This document shows positions 52,808 to 64,000 of a stretch of DNA of 64,000 bases, one piece after another. The DNA comes from Eledone cirrhosa (Eukaryota), in contig OZ024746.1 in the NCBI GenBank assembly GCA_964016885.1, positions 43,400,001 through 43,464,000 of the forward strand. Direction: 5' to 3'. The notes under the pieces are model-generated. The model ran no database searches. It was not told the DNA's origin and worked only from the letters and a program-made list of their open reading frames with translations. Within the stretch, counting starts at the first letter, position 1. Every line of letters starts with the position of its first letter. A program made the position numbers and the translations under genes.

Positions 52808-53294
52808 AATATATACACAAAAATATACGCTAATACAACAACCTATCACTTAGGGCTTTCTCTTTCTCTTTCTCTTGTTTTCTTATTTTCCTCTTAGGGT
52901 TTGCTCTTTTTATCTTTTTATCTTTTTTTATCTTTTTCTTTTCTTTCCCTTTTTTCCATACTTCAACGGCTTATTTTAAATCTACTGGAATTTGCATAAT
53001 AGACTAAATAAATTTAATAACCCCACTATCCGGGAGCTTCCAACAGAAATGGTCGTATTCTTTAAGGGTATGTCAATATTTATAAAACTGATCTATATTA
53101 TATTTTATCTGATGAAAGCACACCATAATTTAACTTGGTGTCCTTGAAATATGTATAATGAAATAAATATGGTTTTATAAATATAGTTTCCATTTGTTAA
53201 TATATCATATTTTTACTCCAATAATTTGTTGAGTGCTTTATATCAGTTATAAAAATATTTGCTTGTTGTATCCCAATAATTTAAATAGAACTCC

Positions 53295-53298
<4 letters not shown>
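52808..53298 (+). mobile_element. TA-embedded Penelope-like pLTR cassette with pyrimidine tract and hammerhead motif at 53105-53158
   Basis: UUAU-CUGAUGA-AAGC-ACACCA-(10 nt)-UGGUGU-CCUU-GAAA-UAU-GUA-UAA. Confidence 0.7.
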
Positions 53299-53342
<44 letters not shown>

Positions 53343-53344
<2 letters not shown>

Positions 53345-53431
53345 CTTTTCATATTACCCACTCTACTACCCCAAGTATCAAGTACTCTGGTGGGTTATGG
53401 TCCACCTGGTATTTTTCCACACCCTATCTGG

Positions 53432-53435
<4 letters not shown>
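53343..53435. repeat. TA-embedded ~90-bp cassette, homologous to the reverse complement of 11911-11995
   Basis: attacccactctactacc.caagtat..agtact.tggtg.gttatggtccacctggt is shared. Confidence 0.85.
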
Positions 53436-53523
<88 letters not shown>

Positions 53524-54629
53524 GCATATAAAATACACATGTATGTGTGTATATATATGTGTGTGTGTGTATAAAATACACATGTCAAAAGGAAAATATG
53601 TTATAATTGAAGAGAGTAAGAATGATGGTTAGCATTCGACTATTATCACCAATAACATTTTAACATCGTCTTTCTTATGCGTGTATCATTTAAATAGTTC
53701 AGCCATACAATATATCATCATTTGATCTTTTGTCATTTTGTCTTTGAGGGCCGGCATATTGACATCTAATATCACACATTTTTTTTCGTTCTTTTCGATA
53801 TTCATCTACCATGAGTAACCTCCCTTGTCAGTATATAACATTTTCTCATTCAGTTCTCATTAAATATTCACATCACATGCACACACTAGCAGTTCTCTCC
53901 TGCATACTTGGTCAAATGCCCAAGTCACACTCTCAACTCACATGCTCTGCCTAACATGGAAGGTGTCGAAACTTTGAATTTCTTTCCTCCCGAAGTGACC
54001 ACTAATAAACGGTCAAGGATTACAATAAAATTCAACGAAAAGGAATTGCTTTTTTTAAATATATAAAAATGACTCAATTTAATATTGGAAACTAATGAAA
54101 ATAATAAAGAAATATATTTATGAAAATATTTTTAATTAATTTTGATAATCTAGTTTCATATGCTTGGTTTATATAAAAACATAATTTGTCCTAAGTTATA
54201 TTTATTTTGTTAATGAATTAATTTTGTGTTGGAAGTAAAACAATTATATTATAGTGAAATATTAGCTATTCTTTTCTTGTATATTACTTAGTATATTATT
54301 ATTTAAATTATATTATAATAATATTATAATATTATTTAAAAGTATACTTTTAAATAATATTATATATTATTAAGTATCAAAATCGTTCAATATACATCAA
54401 TAATCTGATAACCAACAGTCTACTTGACTGTATACATTGGTAGTTGTTTGTAAATATTTTTAAGCAATGCAAGTCTTTGGGGTTTTCAAAGTTTATTTTA
54501 TTAAATATGTTCACCATTTCTTCTTCTCACATTTTAACGGTGTACTTCACATCATCAAACCTTTATGTTCATGTTCTCTGTTGGTGTTAATAGCTTATCA
54601 ATAATCTATTCTTTCTTGTATATAAACAG

Positions 54630-54970
54630 CATCATCATAACCATTTTACTATTATATTCCATAGGTTAGACAGGTTGCCACCTTCTGTGTCTAGACAGGT
54701 CAGATGGTTGTACATGGCTCTAACATTCCACTCTGGCATGGTCTCTACAGCTGGATACATTTCCTAATGCCAAACACTTCATGGCGTGTACTGGGGTGTT
54801 TTATTGTAGCACCAACACTACCACTTTACAGTGCGGGTTGCATCCATTTTCTCATGGCATCAGCACTACCACTTTACGTAGTGGGATAAGTGCATTTGGT
54901 TGTGGTACTAGCACGAATTTACAAAGTGGGCTGGGTGCATTTTATTGTGCTACTACCACTTTTCAATGCT
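54630..54970 (-). mobile_element. Older RTE 3' UTR with ~43-bp repeat units
   Basis: ctacagctggatacatttcctaatgccaa motif followed by four actaccactttacagtg-type units. Confidence 0.65.
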
Positions 54971-57829
54971 AGCCTGCTTGTGTCCTCATCCAGGTTGAGA
55001 GGGCAGTGACCGGAGTGGGGGAATGAAAGCAGGGTATAGGTTACATGCTGTTTGCAGATGGAGGGGCTGAGAAGGAGAAGTGGCATTAATGATTGGTACA
55101 TTTTTTAGTGCACCCATTTTTCGATGCTAGGCTAGTTTGACAGGGAACGGGGAACCAGGGATGTGATTAGGGGGAGACTAAAATGTGTGTGTGGGGGGGG
55201 GGGGGACTTGAGATCCAGCTACATTTAGTGCACAGTATGATTTCCTACCAACTCATTTTTTGCATACAGTGTATAGCCATTTTCCTGTTGGAATTACTGC
55301 TTTGTCTTCTTTCATATTTACTAGGAATTCAGTCCTTGCTATGTTCACTGAGAAACCAGATCTTTCAATTTCAGGTTGCTTTGTTGTCTGGAATTTCTTC
55401 TCTAATATATATGAGTATATCACCATCATTGTAGTTTTAACGTCTGATTTGATAATTCACCATCGAAACAGTAAGAGCTCAGCCATCAGGCAGTAACTTA
55501 TTGCAATGTACATATATGTATGTGTGTGTGTGTGTGTGTGTGTGTAGTATACGCACACACACACACATATATATATATATAATTCTGTATCATCATCACC
55601 GTTTAATATTTATTTCCCACGCTTGGTTGGGTTAGACCGATTGTTGTGTTCTTGGACTAGACAGGTCATATGAGTGTATAACACTCATATGTTTGATTTT
55701 GGAATGGCCTCCACAGCTGGATGCCTATTCTAATACAAACCACTTCACAGCATGTACTATGTCAAGTGCATTTCATCATAGCACTAGCACCCCCACTGTG
55801 TGTGTGTGTGCGTGTAGTGCATCATTTCCCATTTTTTTCTCTTTTGCTGGTATCATTTATATAGTTAATGTTGCTGTTGTTGTTGTGATGGTGGATCTTC
55901 GAAGGTCAAGGTGTACGATATATTTGACTTCATTCTTATATCATACTTTAATTTTTTCAACTCTACTTTTCTCTCACACTTTTATGTCATTTTACACTCT
56001 TAATACTAAAACTAGAGTTAACTGTCATATGGTTGATAAATTTACAAACATATATTTGCCTCTGTGGGTAACAGTAAGTAAATACATAAAAATGTGTAAA
56101 TAAATTACATAATAAATAAATGCAGCCACTACAAGTGCTGATTATTAAAACATTTCATAATTTTGCTAACACTCAAATGTAGGCTTTAAAAAAGCAGAGA
56201 TTCCAGAAAAGAAATTGAGAAAAGGTTTATATTTGTTCATATATGTATATTCCATTTGTCCAAAAAGACGTGTGTGTGTGTGAGGTGTGTGTGTGGGGGG
56301 GGGGGGGGGGGGGGGGGGGGGCGACGACAAAACATAACTTCATACAAACCCTCAGCAGATGATAATTACTTATGTACATGTATGGATGTTTGTGTGTGTG
56401 CCTAACTCACTGTAGCGTTCTTTCTCTTCTCTTGTACACTCCTCCTTCAATCTATATGTTAAATGGTTTTCTTACTCTCTATCCCTCTTTATATATGTTG
56501 GCAAATTAGAGATCAGACCAAGAAACTGACACATCATGTATTATATATTAGAGGGGCCTTGATATTGGAATATGTTTGGAAAGTAGCTTTATACAAGTTA
56601 TCTTGGAAATAAAATGCCACTGTATAAGGAATAGAGACATGATGTTAAAACTTAATTTCTTCTTTCACAAATACATTGAGAAAACTAAGAATGCAAGACA
56701 AGCAGATACAGAAGGAAAATAATTCATTTCAAACTCTAATGTAAAATAACAGCATAAAAATTTAGGTACTAAAATGATGAGTGACAATTAGGAAACCCTC
56801 ATAAAAAATATATATTATTTTAAGAAAACTTAATTTAGGAAGAATCACTATTGAATACTTTCAATGGACTGAATACTGTCTTTCAAAGAACTGAAAGAAA
56901 TCTGGTTACTTTACCAAAGATATAGATACAGATAGGTATTATAAATATTTAAGCTGCAGCAAATAATATATGAGATTATTATTATTATACATGGAAAACA
57001 ATATTTCAGTCAGTTCTAACATATTTAATGGAGGGAACATTAAAATTCTAATTAGAAATAATTATATTGCAAGGAAAAAATATAATACAAGTCAATATCT
57101 AACTTTGCCTTACATCCTTATGGAGTCGATAAAATAAAGCACCAGTACTGCACTGGAATAATTGCTGACCTTGTGCCAAAAGAAGAAACAATTATTTTGG
57201 CAAACATGAGGGATAACTCTGGACAAGTTTCTGTGTTATTATGATCCCATCAAGGAAGCATATTGATTTAACTATTGTTTCATACTTTGTTATTTATTCT
57301 TTAAACAATTCTATTTTCCTTTAATAACCAGTGTACAATCTTGATCTTTTAAAAGTAATTCATCTATTATTACTGTGGCAAGTATCTAGCTATCTTTTAA
57401 ATTCTCCTTATTAATGATGTAATATGGTTAATAAATAAGAAAAGAAACATAAAAATGTAAAAATATGCTAGAATTATAGCAAAGAATACTTTATGGATTA
57501 ACAGTAAATAATTAAGTTGAGATAGATATCACATAGTTGTCCACCAAAACATACGGTAAAGAAACCAACATAGTATGTCATAAATATTAGCAGATTGAAA
57601 GAGGAAAAAATCCTGCAGTAATGTAACAATGAACACTTGATAAAAATGTAAACCTTGAAATACTTTTCATAATCACTATAATAATAGCAATATGCATGCA
57701 TGGTCCCATAACTCCTGAAGGAGCCATAGTGGTGCTGTATTGACATACAGCCTTTCTAGGGCATTTTTTAAACCTGGCAGAGCCCATCTCCACTTCAGGT
57801 CTGAATACAGTAGATTTCTTACAGGGAAG

Positions 57830-58000
57830 GATAGAGAGTGAGAATAAGAGATATAGAGGAAGAATTGACTCCAGTACTTGACTGGTACATTTTATCATCA
57901 TCAAATGGATGAAAGGCAAAGTTGACCTTGCTGCGATTTCAATTTATAGAGCAGAAACGAATACCACAAAGTGTTCTATCTGACGTTATAATAACTTTGC
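57830..58000 (-). mobile_element. SINE family A copy
   Basis: actggtacattttatc...ggatgaaaggcaaagttgacc is the reverse complement of the family A core. Confidence 0.6.
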
Positions 58001-58719
58001 AAATTAGTCGCTTATATTTGCAATATAATTTTTTTTTTTTAAATTAAATAAAATAAAAAGTAAAACAGAAATAAGACAATTATATAATGAAACAAAAAGG
58101 CCAATTTATATATTTAAAAAAATTGGCAAACATTGAACATTATCTTAGATAACATTAAATATAACAAAATATTGTAATATTAAAATTTATAAGTAAGATT
58201 AACATAACAAAAATCTATTTGAGATAACAATAGATTAACAAGATGTTTTTTTAAGCTAAGAAGCTATTTTTTAATGATTTAAAAACTGTTACTGAATGGA
58301 TCAGAAATTATTCAAGATTACACAACTCAAATCATTATAGGGTACACCTCCATTAATACATAACAAACCTGTTTTGTATAGGAAAACGTTCCGTTACCAA
58401 AGAGATAGGTAGTGTAGTGAAGGTTAAGGTTGATCAAATTCAGTAAGCTAGAGTGAGATGCGCATGAAAAAGTTAAAAAAACTGAGTGGTGTACTAATAA
58501 GAGAAAAAAATGTCACTAAAACTGAAGGAAAACCATATGTTGCATGTATGAAAAGGGCTATGATATATGGAATGCAATGTGGGTGAAGAATGTGGAGCAA
58601 CAGAGATGGTTTAGTGGATAAATAGAGTATCACTCAGAGAGAGGAGGACAAACAATGAATTGCAGAAGATGATGAGAACAGAACCCCTGATAAATTTTGT
58701 GAAGAGAACTTGATTGAGG

Positions 58720-59470
58720 AATGATGTCTTCCTTGATCTCCATCTTCCACAGATTCTATCCACCTTAAGTTCTCAGCATATTTTATACAGCTTTTGCTCT
58801 CCTATTCATCACATGACCACACAAGCACAATCATCTCTCTTATACACTATATTTAATTCCACTTACACTCAGCTATTTCCTCAGTTTACCTGTGCTCTCT
58901 TGTTCATGTACACTAACATATATCCAGTAAAGCACGCATACCTCACTTTTTTTAACCACTACAAATCTTTTGCACCCAATATCCATGTCTAACTGCATGC
59001 AGCATAGCATTTCAAACAAAAGCATCATAAAATCAACCCTTCATTCTAAGATGGAAGTCTTTTGTTCCCAATAAAGGTAACAGCTCCCTGAATTTCTTTC
59101 ACCCTGCTCGCCCTCTGGCTGCAACACTTTTGTTACAACAACCTCCACTGTAAGAGGCTATCAAAATAGCCAATACTTTCTAGTACATCTAGTACTTTCT
59201 GAACATTTGAGGGAGGTTATTCTATTAGTACCCCTGTGTACATGCCACATATGAAGTCTACCTTTCCTGACAGCCAACTCATGACTCCACTACATTTGTG
59301 GTGCATCCACTGTCCACACTGGATTCACTACATGGAGTTTCTAGTTACTCATTTTTCAAAATATTGAACATGGCCATTTACCTGATGGCCTCAGAGTCTT
59401 ATTCCCTTTCCTACTTATTGAAACTTCATTCTTTGTTAAGTACACTTTGGGGCCCTTTCAGTCAAGATTA
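58720..59470 (-). mobile_element. Degenerate RTE LINE RT C-terminal fragment
   Basis: Reverse complement shows R.RAG.KKFRELLPLL.TK and KWP motifs. Confidence 0.7.
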
Positions 59471-59985
59471 TGCTTCCATGTTACAGTACACACTGTAAAG
59501 TGGTCATTTGGTGCCATGACAAAAGTGTCTTATCCACACTGTAAAGTGGTCGTTTTGGAGCCACGACAAACATCTCTCAGTCTACACTGTAATGTGGTTA
59601 GCTTTTAAAATCCATAGCTAAACACTTTCAAATGTTTATTCATAAACATATCATATATTATTCTATATCAAAACTTACATAATTATATGCATACAGCTAT
59701 GATGGAGCGAAAATCTTAATTCTATTTCTTGTTCAGAGCAAGCCCGTCTACAGCTCCATATGCAAATGAGGTTAATCACCCCTTACACATAAGCATTAAA
59801 ACTATATGTTTATTTCTATATTGAGTTCCAGCAGAAAGTAAGGTAGAGGGATGCATTACCTTGATAAAGACTGTATAAGTCACAAAAAGCTGTTGGTAAT
59901 TCCCCCCTGCTTGTGCTGGAACTCACTAGGTGGAGCTCAGCCACCAGCTTTTAAAATCCATATTTAAAGGCTTTCAAATGTTTAT

Positions 59986-60165
59986 TCAGTATCGGTAGAG
60001 GGTCAGACGCCATGCTTTGCAGCAAAGAGTTACGGCCCTTTATGGTTTGAGTTCAAATCCCATCGAGGTTAACTTTACCTTTTATCCTTACGGGGTCGAT
60101 AAAATAAAGTGCCAGTAATACACTGGTATAATTGCTGGCCTTGTGCCAAAAGTAGAAACAATTAT
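59986..60165 (+). mobile_element. SINE family A copy (internally deleted)
   Basis: B box gagttcaaatccc, core and tail. Confidence 0.8.
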
Positions 60166-60471
60166 TCTATATACAACACTTACATATTTATATGTATCAG
60201 CTATGTTGGAATGAACACCTTAATTCTCTCTCTTTCATATATATATATATATATATATAACACATACATACCCACATATGTATATATATATACATAAACC
60301 ATTTCAATATTTAATTCAGTGCAAATATTTTTGACATTCCCAGAGTAATGAACAGAGATTACACACTGAAAATTGTATTAATTGATGCCACAAGAGAATA
60401 CAGTATATTTATTAATTGTGAAAGAAATAGAAAATACACAGCACCAACACAAGTGTATTGGTAGAATACAG

Positions 60472-60737
60472 AATATATATATAGCCCCAACTTATCAGTC
60501 GAATAGTAGCGATATGTAGGTTCATTGATATATATATATATATATATCTACATACATGGTAAAATGGACAAAAACACAACGATGGTGAAGATGATATATA
60601 TATCTATATATATAGCCCCAACTTATCAGTCGAAGAGTAGCGATATGTAGGTTCAGTGACATATATATATATATATACATGGTAAAATGGGTATAAACAC
60701 AACGATGGTGAAGATGATATATATCTATATATATATA
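60472..60737 (+). repeat. ~130-bp tandem duplication of two TA-separated modules
   Basis: gccccaacttatcagtcgaa.agtagcgatatgtaggttca and catggtaaaatgg...aacgatggtgaagatga each occur twice. Confidence 0.9.
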
Positions 60738-62674
60738 ACAATTCACTCAATCTGAATTGGCATAGGTGATCAAAGAAATTGATAGGAATGAGAGAACGTA
60801 TGGTAGTGGTGGTGTTCATTTGCCTTTCATCATTCCCGAATATGAATAAAATATGTATTAATTAAGCCTTTTAATACGAAACTGCCTGTAACCAGCCCTG
60901 GTTCTATGGTACAAAACTGTTCATTTTAAGGTGTTTATATTTATGTATTAATCTTTATGAAGTTATATTCCAAACACTAGCTTAATAATGAGAATGTTCG
61001 CTATATTACGAAATTTCTTCAAGATGCTCAATTTTTTTCAAAATTATTTAAAAAGCATAGGCATAATAACAAGAGAAGTAGAAAGAATTATATACATGAA
61101 TATATACCACTTTTGCCAAATTTTCTGGCATACTACCAATGCTTAGAAATTATTGCTACATCTTTCAGTTTAATACCCACAAAAGACGTACATAAAATTA
61201 TTTAATAAGGTTAGAATATTTTTCTCTCAAAATTAAAAACAGAGCCTATTTGATAGTGTGTCCATCTTTTTCTTGTTTTATTGCTATTTTTTCTTCAGAA
61301 TATATTAAGTATTTATTTACCACACTTAAATGACTAAAAACATTGATTTATTGTTAACTGTCAAGTGAAAGTGTATTCATTTTTTTATATATATAATTAA
61401 TACATAAGATTATTTAAACCAATATTAATGTTGCGTTATATTTTTCCATTTTAGACATTTTTTAATAATAAAAGTGTAAGAGAACCTTATTTAGACAACT
61501 GTATATATAAATTATTTGGATAACGTATGTTGATTAAATATAAAATAATTTTATTTTGATTAATCATACAGATCTTTCCTTTTTGCTTTTGTATTTCTGC
61601 TTACAGATAAATTTTCTAAATGGATCTTCGTCTTCCCATTAGTTAAATAAACATGTATTTGCATAAAAATTATTTAGATATTTTAAAACAAAATTTTGTT
61701 TTTACTCATAATAGTTGCAGAGATAGCAAAGTTCCCTCCCTTTATAAACAAGTGTTGACAATATTTTCCACAACATTTTGTTGTAACTTTTTTATTTGTC
61801 TTGTTTTTTTTTTCTCTGAGGTGGTAGGGTTAATATCTTTTTAAAGCTAAATCAATTTATTTTTCTTTTAAATTTAATATTTTTCATGGTACATAATATT
61901 CCACCTCTTAAAATATTGATATGATATTTATAACAAAATGTTGCCATTCTTAACCACAAACGACACATGAAATTCATATTTAATTATATATTTAAGAATG
62001 TGAACATCATTGTCTGCAATGCAGTAGATTTTAGCTGCTTTATATCACCTTCAGGCATATAAGAGAAGCTGTTTTCTTCATATTCCTGGTGATGAGTAGT
62101 AACAATAGTGTTTATTTTTGCGACTGATGGAAGTGGTGGTAGATGTAGTTGTAATAGCAGTAGTAAGAAGAGCAACATCAGAAGCAGGTGTGCCTGATAG
62201 CAAATGTAGTCGTTTTATAAATAATGATATCTTTTGCATCCAACACAGATTCCTAATCTGTTGAAAAACTAACAATATATACTGTCACTTCTTATTGATC
62301 ACGAGAATTTCTTTAACTCTTCCTTCTATTTTATCAGGTTTTATGGAAATATTGAAAGAATATAGAGAAATAATTGGGAAAATAACAGAAACATACAAGG
62401 GAAAATTCCATGACTTTTGATGTTAGTTTAATCATTATGGGTAATTCTTTGAAATGATACATTTTATGCATTATATCAGTTCTGAAAATATTTTCAATTA
62501 AATCATTCCATAAATTAACCAATCAGAGCAGAAGTAATTATAAATTTTGTTGTAATTATTTATATATATTTCGAAATAGAAGAATAATAAACAAGTTATT
62601 ATTATTATTATTATTATTATAAAGAAATCATTATTATTGATAAAGAAATCATTATTATACGTCCCTTTACGATC

Positions 62675-63010
62675 GGAGTTCAAATCCCGCCGAGGTTAAC
62701 TTTGCTTTTCATCCTTACGGGGGTCGATAAAATAAAGTACCAGTAATGTACTGGGTAATTGCAGGCCTTGTGCCAAAAGTAGAAACAATTATTATTATTA
62801 TTATTAGGGCAGTGGATTGGCAGTATCACTAGATCATCAGACATCCTGCTTTGCGGCATAGAGTTTTTAGTTCAAATCCCACTGAGGTTAGCTTTGCCTT
62901 TCATCTTTATGTAATCAATAAAATAAAGTACCAGTAATGCACTGGGGTCGATTTAATCTCCTTTCCCCACCGCCAAAATTGCTGGCCTTGTGCTATAGTA
63001 GAAATCATTA
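62675..63010 (+). mobile_element. Two tandem SINE family A copies (62675-62805 and 62807-63010)
   Basis: B boxes, cores and (ATT)n tail/linker. Confidence 0.8.
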
Positions 63011-63085
63011 TCATAAAACAGACTGAATAATGAGTTGGAGTGCGTAACCCAACAAAACTTAAGTACCTGTATATGTCACTGTTGA

Positions 63086-63120
<35 letters not shown>

Positions 63121-63159
63121 CTATATATATATACATATATATATATATACATATATATA

Positions 63160-63427
63160 CATGGAAAGTTATATTTAAATTGTTGGGTTACAACTAGTAA
63201 ATATTTATAACTGATATATTTATAACTGATATAAAAGCACTGCCAATTCAACTTTTCAAATACAAGTCGATGTTGTTACGGTATGTCAAATCTATTTATC
63301 TATAAAACTGGTTATATTGTATTTTGTCTGAGGAAGGCATAGCATATTGTTAATATGATATCCCTGAAATATATATAATGAAATAAATATGGTTTTATAA
63401 ATATAGTTTCCATTTATTTAATATTGT

Positions 63428-63428
<1 letters not shown>
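63160..63428 (+). mobile_element. TA-embedded Penelope-like cassette with inverted segment (63160-63250) and hammerhead motif at 63324-63378
   Basis: CUGAGGA-AGG-..CAUAUU-GUU-AAUAUG..CCU-GAAA-UAU-AUA-UAA. 63280-63420 is collinear with 53065-53200, and 63160-63250 is the reverse complement of 53220-53300. Confidence 0.7.
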
Positions 63429-63969
<541 letters not shown>

Positions 63970-64000
63970 TGGCTGCCAACTCGTTTTCGAGTACGGCCAC

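Noticed and set aside
56296-56321. Poly-G tract (G-quadruplex potential)
   Set aside because: Simple homopolymer next to (TG)n, common in this sequence and of uncertain length accuracy.
61984-62275. Signal-peptide-like or Thr-rich short ORFs
   Set aside because: Largely explained by low-complexity trinucleotide-like sequence; no donor site or recognisable domain.

Overview
AT-rich eukaryotic genomic DNA, dense in (TA)n/(CA)n microsatellites. The repeat content (RTE-clade LINEs with (GAT)n tails, tRNA-derived SINEs) suggests a coleoid cephalopod such as Octopus; this is an inference. No intact host gene is evident, only one or two candidate small exons on the minus strand. Most ORF-track entries are microsatellite noise or antisense LINE frames. 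Recognisable elements are many RTE LINE copies (one with a ~1.5 kb open RT frame carrying an embedded PHD-like finger), a second RTE/RTEX-like LINE with a twin-priming 5' inversion, a same-family nested insertion forming a ~2 kb inverted repeat, two SINE families, mariner and hAT-like DNA elements, CRE-clade fragments and a decayed Penelope-like GIY-YIG fragment. The most interesting signal is a set of short (100-500 bp) cassettes embedded in (TA)n tracts. At least five carry minimal type-I hammerhead ribozyme motifs, and several form near-perfect hairpins or inversions. This suggests a microsatellite-targeting Penelope/retrozyme-like micro-element system. All calls were made by eye and coordinates of degenerate elements are approximate.
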